Assembly (NCBI GenBank): GCA_963727895.1
Contig: CAVSHT010000006.1
Span: forward strand, 32,001-96,000
Length of the DNA stretch: 64,000 nt
DNA from: an uncultured Methanosarcinaceae archaeon
GTDB lineage: Archaea; Halobacteriota; Methanosarcinia; Methanosarcinales; Methanosarcinaceae
Direction: 5' to 3'
Below, in pieces: positions 9,812-18,723 of this stretch. The translations under genes and the position numbers were made by a program. The notes beneath the pieces are model-generated. The model saw only the letters and a program-made list of their open reading frames with translations. It had not been told where the DNA came from and did not search any database. Positions within the stretch are counted from its first letter, which is position 1, and every line of letters starts with the position of its first letter.

Positions 9812-10582
9812 ATGTTTTCGCAAATTAATCCCCAATTAATTCCAAATCTTGAGAAGCTTGGACTAACCGAAAATGAAGCCAAGGCGTATGTAGGGCTTGT
9901 CAGTTTGGGAGAAGCTACAGCTCGCGAAATTCATGATCTTACAAATGTTCCGAGAGCCAAAGTGTATGAAATTCTTAAAATGCTCGCGAAAAAAGGTTAT
10001 CTGGAAGTAAGACAAGGGTCGCCAACGTATTTTCGAGCAGTTGACCCCAAGAAGGTAATTGGAGAAATAAGAGAAGAATTCTTGAACTGCGCAATCGAAA
10101 CCCTTGATCAGCTCAACGAATTAAGTTATGAACTTCCAAAAACTTCTCCTGTATGGTATATCCAGAGTGACTGGGGAATGAAGAACAGAATACGTGAAAT
10201 CATGGGTGGAGTTAAAGAAGAATTGATTATTTTCTCTTCCAATCCTGAGTTTCTAAAGGAGTTTGAATCGGAGATACAAAAACTGGAAAAAACCTGCAAT
10301 TTAACTCTTATCGTTGATGAACTGGAGAGCTTCAAATCACTGCCTTTTAAGTTAAGAGAAACAAATAAAGAGTTCACGGATTTCATGAACAACATTGTAA
10401 TTGATGGCATTCAATATAAAGAAGAATTTTTTATGATTGCTGATGGAAAGGAATCAATAGGGGTTCACAGTGCAGGAAATAAAAGGGAAGCAGTGATAAT
10501 CAAACTACCTATTGTTTCGTATATGCAGAAAATGATCTATGAGAGGGTGCTTGAGCCAAGTTTTGTCAAAAAAGGCAACTAA
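9812..10582 (+). CDS. TrmB-family transcriptional regulator
   Basis: LGLTENEAKAY..L, TAREI...T.VPRAKVYE.L..L..KG wHTH motif; divergent from the RND operon. Confidence 0.9.
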   Translation: MFSQINPQLIPNLEKLGLTENEAKAYVGLVSLGEATAREIHDLTNVPRAKVYEILKMLAKKGYLEVRQGSPTYFRAVDPKKVIGEIREEFLNCAIETLDQLNELSYELPKTSPVWYIQSDWGMKNRIREIMGGVKEELIIFSSNPEFLKEFESEIQKLEKTCNLTLIVDELESFKSLPFKLRETNKEFTDFMNNIVIDGIQYKEEFFMIADGKESIGVHSAGNKREAVIIKLPIVSYMQKMIYERVLEPSFVKKGN

Positions 10583-10826
10583 CTAGCTTAGAGGACCAAA
10601 TTAAATTAGAAAATCATAATTCCCCAATTTTTTTAAGAGACTTCTTCATGCTTGTGAGCAGCTTGTGAGTATTATCGAAACATGAATTTGCGGCTTTTTT
10701 AGAGGGTTTTCTCTTTTAAAATATAATATCGGATAGTATTAATCGGAAAACAATCATTCTATAGATATATCTTGAAATAATCTTTCTATAAAGTTTTTCT
10801 TACGAACTCAATTATGGAGATCACAG

Positions 10827-11498
10827 GTGTGTGAAATGAACAGTGTAAAGATTGGAAGCGTTACTATTGAGTGGTTGGGACATTCTGGTTCTTTACTTGA
10901 TGGGGACGGGAAAAATATTTATATTGATCCTTTCGATCTCAGTGAAGAGCCAGATTTTGATGATAAAGCCGATATCCTGTTGATTACCCATGAGCACTTT
11001 GACCACTGCAGTCCTGAAGATATAAAAAAGGTCAGGCGATCGGATTCAACCACCTTGATCCCTGAGAATTTGTCTCTTCAATTCAAAGGGGATGCGAAGC
11101 GGATTGCTGAAGGGGATGTGCTGGCTGATGGGCTTGAAATTAAGGGAACACGAATTGAGGTAGTTCCTGCTTATAATATCAATAAACAATATCATCCTCG
11201 TGGATTTGGAGTGGGATATATAGTGGAGCTTGGAGGGCTCAGGATTTACCATGCAGGAGACTGTGATTTCTTCCCTGAAATGAAACAGATCAGGGCTGAT
11301 GTAGCTCTTTTGCCTATCGGAGGCACTTATACTATGGACGAAGAAGAGGCAGCAAATGCGGTTGTGGCTATATCCCCTAAATTTGTAATTCCAATGCATT
11401 ACGGGAAACAAGAAATAACGGATGGAGATCCCGAAAAGTTTAAAGCTCTTGTGAACGCCAAGAATCCTAATATCAATGTGATTATTCTTAATTCTTGA
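10827..11498 (+). CDS. Metallo-beta-lactamase-fold hydrolase
   Basis: WLGHS, IDPF, THEHFDH, YHAGD, LPIGG.YTM and IPMHYG motifs. Confidence 0.9.
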   Translation: MCEMNSVKIGSVTIEWLGHSGSLLDGDGKNIYIDPFDLSEEPDFDDKADILLITHEHFDHCSPEDIKKVRRSDSTTLIPENLSLQFKGDAKRIAEGDVLADGLEIKGTRIEVVPAYNINKQYHPRGFGVGYIVELGGLRIYHAGDCDFFPEMKQIRADVALLPIGGTYTMDEEEAANAVVAISPKFVIPMHYGKQEITDGDPEKFKALVNAKNPNINVIILNS

Positions 11499-11562
11499 TC
11501 TCAATTTTTATAGAAGCTTCAAGGATTTAATTTCAAGGCAAAAAAGCAGGACCAGCTTATCC

Positions 11563-11886
11563 ATGTCTAGAATAGCAAGAAAACAACAGAAAAATCTGAT
11601 CCAGATAATTGCAATTCAGCGTATGTGGCGGCTTTTTGAGCTTGCAAAAATGGAACATGCAGAGCATCCTGACCGCAGTGAACGCTATGTACAGCTTATA
11701 AGGAACATTTCTATGAGAACCAGGATGAGTATCCCAAGGGAAATAAAAAGCAGAATCTGTAAACACTGCTATGCATTTCTAGTACCTGGAAAAAACGCTC
11801 ATTACAGACTAAAAGATGGATATGTTGTTATTTCTTGCCAGCTTTGTGGAAAAGAAATAAGGTATCCTTATACAAAATTAAAGTAA
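11563..11886 (+). CDS. rnp4: Ribonuclease P protein component 4 (Rpp21)
   Basis: IA.QR...LF..A, RYV, CKHC...L.PG and C..CG...RYPY zinc ribbon. Confidence 0.92.
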   Translation: MSRIARKQQKNLIQIIAIQRMWRLFELAKMEHAEHPDRSERYVQLIRNISMRTRMSIPREIKSRICKHCYAFLVPGKNAHYRLKDGYVVISCQLCGKEIRYPYTKLK

Positions 11887-12003
11887 AGCTTATACCCCCT
11901 TATATTTGCTTTCTGGTACGTAAATAACGATTTTTTCCAGATATCTAAAGCCTTTTTAATTCTCATACTTTTTAAAATCCTCTTTTTCTATTAAGCAGTA
12001 GCA

Positions 12004-12315
12004 TTAATTTTTGGTGGGACTCTCTTGGCCTCGAATCTTTTTTATGGTTGAAGCTATCTGTTTTGCAACAACGGATTTTGGACCTTTATCGTCTACGAGT
12101 ACTCGTCCACTTACTTCCCACCACGACTTAGGATATGCTTTCTTAGGTTCTACTTCTGGATTCAAGCCAAGCTGCTTGGCGGCTTCTTTAATCTCATTAA
12201 GTTGCGGTTCCTTTATCGCATTCTTTCTGGAGATAATTCTACCGCTACTCCTTGACTTTGTCTGGTCGATATATACTGGCCAGATTACAAGTTTTCCCTT
12301 CTCTTTCATCATCAT
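12004..12315 (-). CDS. srp19: Signal recognition particle 19 kDa protein
   Basis: VIWPVYID..KSR..GR, YPKSWWE..GRVLV. Confidence 0.93.
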   Translation of the reverse strand: MMMKEKGKLVIWPVYIDQTKSRSSGRIISRKNAIKEPQLNEIKEAAKQLGLNPEVEPKKAYPKSWWEVSGRVLVDDKGPKSVVAKQIASTIKKIRGQESPTKN

Positions 12316-12410
12316 GTTATCTTTGTCCTAAATTGCTTTCATGCAATTTAAAACTGCCCCGGAAGCCCTATCAAATCAGGAACTTTTTTCTATTTATATA
12401 AGTTTCTTCT

Positions 12411-12574
12411 ATTGTCTAATCTAAAACCTGTAATTATTTATCTTTCCCGGACAAGTTCTGCATGGTGTTAATATGATTCCATCCTTTACAATTGTCTAAT
12501 CTAAAACCTGTAATTATTTATCTTCCCAGGACAAGTTCTGCATGGTGTTAATATGATTCCATCCTTTACAATTG
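12411..12574 (+). repeat. 80-bp tandem duplication covering the upstream region and first codons of ORF 12553
   Basis: ATTGTCTAATCTAAAACC...ATCCTTTACA occurs at 12411 and 12491, near-identical. Confidence 0.95.
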
Positions 12575-12825
12575 ATGAAAAAGTAAGAGCTTATATCAGA
12601 AAAAGCGGGCAGGACTTCAGGCTTTGCACATCTCCTGAAGGTCCTGTACTTCTTCCACTCAATACGGTTGACCCCAAGTCTTCAGATCTTAAAATCCTAA
12701 TCGGTAGTAACGTTCTTTATGTTTCCAAGCTTCAGGCAAAATACATAAAGAAAGTTGATTGGTCTATGGTAGAACGGTCTATGGTAGAACGGTCTATGGA
12801 TTCTTCTGGAGAGCTCAATATCTAA
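12553..12825 (+). CDS. Small hypothetical protein
   Basis: ORF preceded by GGTG; contains a 15-bp tandem repeat (SMVER x~2.5, 12761-12799). Confidence 0.65.
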   Translation: MIPSFTIDEKVRAYIRKSGQDFRLCTSPEGPVLLPLNTVDPKSSDLKILIGSNVLYVSKLQAKYIKKVDWSMVERSMVERSMDSSGELNI

Positions 12826-12896
12826 ATTTTGTTATCTTTTGAACTAACTCCTTTTACATAAGAATATGAACTTTTTATCCTATTTTTCGAAAAGTT

Positions 12897-13074
12897 TATC
12901 CGTATTGTTTATTAAGAAGAGGAAGTATAGGATTTTTTGATCAAGCTTTTTTTAAAAATGTTTGCTTCACTTTGAGCCTTTGGTCGAGCTTTCCTATGAA
13001 AAGGTTGTGATTAAGCTTTTTTAAAAAAGGTTGTTTTGCTATCCGTGTTATTTATTAAGAAGAGGGAGCATAGG
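12897..13074. repeat. Two 35-bp imperfect direct repeats enclosing degenerate AAGCTTTTTT..AAAAGGTT palindromes
   Basis: 12897-12931 vs 13040-13074 match at 31/35 positions. Confidence 0.75.
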
Positions 13075-13182
13075 GTAAATGTTTACCTGTTCCAGATCCT
13101 GCACAGGTTTTACTCAAAAGAGAGGAAAATACTGCAGGCTAAAAAGATCGCTTCAAGCTCAAGGGAGAATTTGTCTGTGAAA

Positions 13183-14039
13183 ATGAGAACGAAAACTGTG
13201 TTTATACTCCTTGCTCTGCTGGTGGTCTTAGTATCGGGCTGCATGGAACAAAAAAAGGAAATTGTTGTGGATAAACCTGGTAATATCTCTAATTATGAAT
13301 TAGAGGTTTTTTCAAATGAATCAGGTAATCAGACGCTTGAAAATACCACCACGTACTATTTGCTGGAAAATGATACAAAAGTACAGGTTGTAAACATGGT
13401 AGTAAATACCAGTAAGCTTGAGATTTATCCACCTGATTCTCTGGAAGGCAGTTCCGAGAACAATCCTATTCAAAATTTTGTATTACTTGTGGACCCAGCA
13501 AATGAGACTATAGCAAACTCGCAAACTTTTCAAGAGCTTTCCAGTATAAATAATACTTCAGTTGTTAATTATACTCTGACTCAAGAAGCTATTCAGGGCA
13601 TGAAAGTTGTAAACCTTGAGTTCAAAGAATCTGTGACAGGTTTTATTGCTTATACATTAGATAATCCGGGAACTCAGAGTTTTTCATTTCTTAAACCTGA
13701 CTCCGAATTTATCCGTGTCGTACTCCCCAAGGGATATGTAACCGGCAACAGGATGTTCGGAATAGCGAGGCCGGAGCCTTCTAATATAATATTGATGAAA
13801 AAGGAAGACAAACTCTTCTTTGGATCTCTTCAAAGATGAAAGATAGTGACCAAGTTATCCAGGTAAAGTACTATACGCAATCGGCACCGGTGCTATTTTC
13901 CGCCGCAATTATAGCTCTTCTCTGTGGAGTCGGTCTTGTGCTTTTGCGTTATGCCAGAAGTAAAAAGGAACTCGAAGCTGTTAAAGGAATTCTTGATATA
14001 GAAAAAGAATATGAAAAGAAACAGCGAAAACGGAAATAA
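13183..14039 (+). pseudogene. Membrane-anchored lipoprotein (DUF5803-like), frameshifted near 13790
   Basis: Lipobox VSGC. After ARPEPSNI the protein-like sequence (IDEKGRQTLLWISSKMKDSDQ...TM) continues in another frame. Confidence 0.7.
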
Positions 14040-14134
14040 TTTTGCGAGGTTATTTTCCTCCATTTTTATTTCCCAATATACTTTTTTTACAATTCGTAAA
14101 TTATTTATGGCAGTCGTGTCATATTTTCTTCTCG

Positions 14135-14818
14135 ATGAAATCTTGGGGGAAAATTTGGTATAAACATCTATTTTCTTCAGAACCAGACTCAAAAGCCGTT
14201 AATCCTGTTGTTGGTACTATCCTTATGCTAATTATTTTGGTTTTACTGGTAGGTTCAGTTGCTGTCACTTCTTTTAATATTGTTGGAGAAGGTACAAACT
14301 CTCTTTTGGTGGCACATATTTCACTGGAATCCTGCGAGGGAGGGCTTTTTAATAATGGACCTCTAGATGAGAAAGCTTCGCTTAAGAATAACACAATTGT
14401 GCTTATTCATAAAGGAGGTAGTCCTCTTCCCCTTGATACTATTTCCATAACGATTTCAGGATATGGGAACTCTTACCATGGTATTGCTGATGGAAACGGG
14501 GCAAAGATTGTAGGAGACACAGAAGTTATTTACCAGAATTTAAGCCCAACAGGAAAAAATCCAAGATATGAGTCTAAAAACAAAGAAATCCTTAAAGATA
14601 ATTTATGGAGCGCTGGAGAGAAGTTAACACTACATGGAGACGACAGTGCTATAGGTTCTATTGTTTCCAGCGTAAAAGTTAGTGTCAATGGGGACGGTAA
14701 TACTTCTGACAATTACGGCTTCAAGGCAGGTTCTGAGATCACTGTAAAAGTTATTGACACTAAAAGCAGAAACGTCATTGCTGAACAGAAAGCTATTGTA
14801 AAACATTGTGAGGGATAA
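14135..14818 (+). CDS. Archaeal type IV pilin-like protein (class III signal peptide)
   Basis: SKAVNPVVGTILMLII..., H.GG.PL, W.AGEKL motifs. The start codon is uncertain. Confidence 0.8.
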   Translation: MKSWGKIWYKHLFSSEPDSKAVNPVVGTILMLIILVLLVGSVAVTSFNIVGEGTNSLLVAHISLESCEGGLFNNGPLDEKASLKNNTIVLIHKGGSPLPLDTISITISGYGNSYHGIADGNGAKIVGDTEVIYQNLSPTGKNPRYESKNKEILKDNLWSAGEKLTLHGDDSAIGSIVSSVKVSVNGDGNTSDNYGFKAGSEITVKVIDTKSRNVIAEQKAIVKHCEG

Positions 14819-15416
14819 AATTGAAAGAGATAAAGTCTCTTGTTTAGGGGATATCTTTTTAATTTCACTTAATTTCTTTTCTCGAATTATTTTACTCTGT
14901 ATATCTAATATTAAAGTTAAGTCTTATTTTTTCTGCCTTAATTAAAATTGTAAATTTGATGACATCATGGAAAAATATCTTAACGATATAACACATTAAA
15001 TCAAAAGCTAAAGGCTCAAAATATAATTCTTTCACGTGAAGGAGAATATTCAATGATCTAAAAATTATTTTATTTCGGATCATAACTGCTGATAGTAAGC
15101 GTTGTAATGGTCACAACTTTAAATTTCTTGGTCAATATATCTCTCGTTTTTACACTCAAAAGTTGTCTCTTAATATTCTCTATTTTTTCTGTTTTTTTAA
15201 CTATTGTGGTTTTTAAGGATTTATATCAGGATTAATCCCTTTATTTAAGGGTATATGCGAAATTATATGGTCTATAAAGCTTCTTTTTTAAATTTAAATT
15301 GCCTGTGTTCTTAAAACCTGTAAGTATTTTTATATTATTGTCAGTCTATTTCAGACATGTCAACCGATGATGGTTGGCAAGGCAATTAAAAGACAAAAAT
15401 TCGGAGACAATAAGAC

Positions 15417-15528
15417 CATAGGACTTATGCTTTGAACTGAGAAAATAGTAGCAAAATATCAATCATTTAAAGCAATTATGGCAGATTCTTCGTGCTTTAT
15501 TTTGAACCTCATATGCATAAGTCCTATG
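15417..15528. mobile_element. MITE-like element, family A, with perfect 14-bp terminal inverted repeats
   Basis: CATAGGACTTATGC (15417-15430) / GCATAAGTCCTATG (15515-15528); the interior is homologous to 16195-16313. Confidence 0.7.
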
Positions 15529-15597
15529 CAGATACAGAACTAAAATTGTATCTTTATATTGAGTACTAAATTAAAAACAAAAATTAGGACTAGTAAT

Positions 15598-15996
15598 ATG
15601 GGAAAACAAACATTTGACGGAATAAAAAAGATTATGTGTATGTTTACACTGGTCTTTTTTGTAGTATCATTGACTGTTGCATCAGCAAGTGCAGGGTCAA
15701 ATAACACGTATAAAATAGAGAAAGCAAAGTTGGATACAGAGAAATCTACATTAGAAAAAGAAAAAATAGCAATATTAAATGAAAAGGCTACATTAGAAAA
15801 AGAAAAACAAAAGTTAGAACTACAGAAAAATAAATTGAGCACCAAAAATAGTAAAGAGTATCAAAATTGGCTCAATAATTATAATAAATTTTTAACAAAA
15901 TATAATAAATGTTTAAGCAAATATAAGGCATGGGAAACCAAATACAATAACTGTTTGAACAAATACACTCTCCTAAAACAAAAATATAAAATTTAA
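15598..15996 (+). CDS. Small secreted Lys-rich coiled-coil protein
   Basis: Signal peptide ...SLTVASASA; heptad repeats LEKEK and YNKW/C; extremely AT-rich. Confidence 0.6.
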   Translation: MGKQTFDGIKKIMCMFTLVFFVVSLTVASASAGSNNTYKIEKAKLDTEKSTLEKEKIAILNEKATLEKEKQKLELQKNKLSTKNSKEYQNWLNNYNKFLTKYNKCLSKYKAWETKYNNCLNKYTLLKQKYKI

Positions 15997-16053
15997 AAGA
16001 AATAAATACTGAAATTATAACTATATTATAAAAAAGTGGCTATACACAGAAGA

Positions 16054-16179
16054 CAGTGCGCCGATTTTCTGTAAACTATATATTTCTAGAGCTATGAATA
16101 GAACATTCGATATACCAGATCAATTTCATCCATAGCGTACAAAAATCTAACTTGAATTTACAGCAAATTTGCGACGCTG
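16054..16179. mobile_element. MITE-like element, family B (imperfect ~22-bp terminal inverted repeats)
   Basis: CAGTGCGCCGATTTTCTGTAAA ... TTTACAGCAAATTTGCGACGCTG. Confidence 0.45.
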
Positions 16180-16194
16180 CCAAGTGATTTTCTT

Positions 16195-16313
16195 ATCGGT
16201 TTACGCGCTTGAGGAACAAATAAAGCACGAATAAATCTGTCACGGATTTCATTAATCCAACATTTTAATGCTTTATGCTATTGATATTCTCAGTTCAAGT
16301 GCGTAAATTCCGA
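16195..16313. mobile_element. MITE-like element, family A, inverted relative to 15417-15528
   Basis: Ends TTTACGCGCTTGA / TCAAGTGCGTAAA; shares AAATAAAGCACGAA..AATCTG and TTCTCAGTTCAA with the reverse complement of the first copy. Confidence 0.65.
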
Positions 16314-16502
16314 TTAAATCTAATCTCTTCTATTATAAATATATTCACATTTCCCTACTTCTGTTCTTAATTACGTACATATTATTGAACTTCTATTCCT
16401 TGTGTTCCTATGTGTTTTGAATTCGGAGGAATTAAACTCCTTTATATAAAGCTTATTTTCATTATTTCTTTCTCTGCCTTTTATATCCTCAAAAACGTCG
16501 AG

Positions 16503-16742
16503 TTACAGCCCAGTTCTTTCAATCAGTAGGTCTGCCACATGTTTTGCATTCTTAAAAGGGAAATCCTTTTCAGTAACCAGGCTCTGCACTTCTCTTACAT
16601 TAACTTCTACATCACCTACTCTGCATGTAGTGCCCAGCCCTTCTGGCAAGGCAGCAATCATTTCTTCCATAGAGTTTATGGGAAATTTTATATCTTTAAG
16701 TATTGCAAGGATCTGCTCGTAGACTTCTTCTTTTACGTTCAT
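16503..16742 (-). CDS. MTH865-like small protein
   Basis: FPI.S.EE...ALPEG..T.C..GDV, DFPFKNA..VAD. Confidence 0.8.
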   Translation of the reverse strand: MNVKEEVYEQILAILKDIKFPINSMEEMIAALPEGLGTTCRVGDVEVNVREVQSLVTEKDFPFKNAKHVADLLIERTGL

Positions 16743-17051
16743 TTTTCCCTCTGATACTATTCTTTTTATTTAGCGTCTTAACTCGGATGAATTAAGTATA
16801 AGCTTTAAATATGAACCTCATGCTCCGAATCCGAAAATATCGATCCAATTCACTTCCGCCAAAATAACATGTCCTCCATATAGCGAAATTGTGTTTCGTA
16901 TATTTCTATCGTATACTTTCAAAATTATTCTAATAAAAAAAGTTTTTTATGGATTATTTTGCATTATGAACAAAGTTCTGTAAAATAAGTAATACCCCAT
17001 TAAAATATCTGGGGTAACTCTCAATTCAATGAAAAACGTAAAATAAAGCAA

Positions 17052-17276
17052 TTAATCTATGGCTATCATAACATTTGAAGCCTTGACTACAGCGTATACC
17101 TCGCTTCCTTCTTTTAATTTCAGATTTTCAGCTGATTCCTTTGTGATGATGGAAGTAACTTCCACTCCACCTGGCATTTCTATTACAATTTCAGCGTTTA
17201 CCATACCAGTGACAATTTTTTTAACCTTTCCTTTCATCACATTGCGTGCACTCAGTTTCATTATTTGCTCCTCCAC
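17052..17276 (-). CDS. TOBE/Mop molybdate-binding protein (molbindin-like)
   Basis: MKLSARN..KG.VK, SIITKES.E.L.L..G..VYAVVKASNVM. Confidence 0.92.
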   Translation of the reverse strand: MEEQIMKLSARNVMKGKVKKIVTGMVNAEIVIEMPGGVEVTSIITKESAENLKLKEGSEVYAVVKASNVMIAID

Positions 17277-17434
17277 TCTATTTTTTTAGTTACTATTAGC
17301 CATTATTACACATATCTATACATATATGAGTCTTACGAACTTGAGATCCGTTTTATGGTTCCTATCTGGAGATTGATATCGGTTCAGCTCAAAACCGTGA
17401 AGAATTAAATCGTTTTTAATCAAAATATTTTTTT

Positions 17435-18571
17435 TTAAAAGCTTCCAAAAATTACTGAGGTCAAAGCTCCTATTAGAACTACCCATCGGATTTCAACTTT
17501 GTAAAATAATGCGATAAATGCAGCGATGGTCATCAGAATATGGAATATATCTAATGGCATGATTAAGGCAAAGCGGAAGGCAACCGAGGCAAGCAGCCCT
17601 ACAAAAGAACAAAATATTCCATTGACAGCTCTGTTGAACCATGGAGAACTGCTGAATATGTCATAATAAGGAACAGTCCCTATTATCATAAGAAATGAAG
17701 GCAAGAGAATGCTTACCGTAGCTATCACAGATCCTACCATGCCGTAAAGTATGTACCCTATAAACGTTGCCGTTATAACGATTGGCTCTGGTGTAATCTG
17801 CCCCAATGCAATCCCATTCATGAGTGTAGAGCTATCCATAAAGGATTGTACTTCTACGAACTCATGAAACATCAAAGGAACAGAGGCAAATCCTCCCCCA
17901 AAAGCAAAAAGATCTATCCTGATCATCATCACTGCCATATCAAAGAGGTTTGGCTGTATAATTAATCGCAAAATAAGTCCTGCTGCAGCTGTAAATAATA
18001 TGAAAATAAGTGACCTGATATTTTTTGGTGTCTCTACTAAGGATTCCGTTTTTGGTTGGAAATCTTGATTTCTGTAGGCTAAGAGTCCTAAAAGAGCAGC
18101 TAGTAATATTACCATAATTGGATTTATTTTAAGGATGAACATGCCGGCTGCAAAGGCAGCAATCATTAAATCTTTCTTGACCTTTAGATAATTTATACCA
18201 AAGGATACAGTGGCATTAGTAATTATGGCAACTATAATCGCCTGGAGTCCGCTGAACAGCAAGACTACAATAGGCAGATTATGCGTCTTTACATATAGAG
18301 CAGAAAGTGACACCATTATCAAAAATGCTGGTAAGCTAAAACCGACGTAGGTTGCAGCGGCTCCAGTCACTCCGCGTGTTCTCAAACCTACGTAGGCTGC
18401 AATCTGCATGGCAGTTGCTCCAGGTATTGCCTGACATAGAGCTACACCAGCAAGAAATGTTGGATCATCGATCCATTTCTTCTGTTCTACAGCCATTCTA
18501 TGGATATAAACAGTCATAGCAGGTCCTCCAAAAGAGGTCATGCCCAATCCAAAAAAAGATGTGAATAGCAA
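17435..18571 (-). CDS. chrA: Chromate/oxyanion efflux transporter (ChrA, long chain)
   Basis: SFGGPA, CQAIPGA, FAFGGG, GQITP(E)P motifs; two homologous halves. The start region is irregular. Confidence 0.85.
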   Translation of the reverse strand: MLFTSFFGLGMTSFGGPAMTVYIHRMAVEQKKWIDDPTFLAGVALCQAIPGATAMQIAAYVGLRTRGVTGAAATYVGFSLPAFLIMVSLSALYVKTHNLPIVVLLFSGLQAIIVAIITNATVSFGINYLKVKKDLMIAAFAAGMFILKINPIMVILLAALLGLLAYRNQDFQPKTESLVETPKNIRSLIFILFTAAAGLILRLIIQPNLFDMAVMMIRIDLFAFGGGFASVPLMFHEFVEVQSFMDSSTLMNGIALGQITPEPIVITATFIGYILYGMVGSVIATVSILLPSFLMIIGTVPYYDIFSSSPWFNRAVNGIFCSFVGLLASVAFRFALIMPLDIFHILMTIAAFIALFYKVEIRWVVLIGALTSVIFGSF

Positions 18572-18723
18572 AGCTAGAGACGGATGCTTAAAAGAATTTG
18601 CGACGATTTCATTAGGGTGATTCTTGATATTTCATTCCTCACCGGAAATCATTGTATTTCTAACGAATTTTGGAACTATTTAATATTTTTACACGCATTG
18701 AAATTTTAACATATTTACAGATG

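Noticed and set aside
17294..17330. ModE box upstream of the TOBE/Mop gene
   Set aside because: Only a half-site (ACATATCT) matches; there is no palindromic partner at the right spacing.
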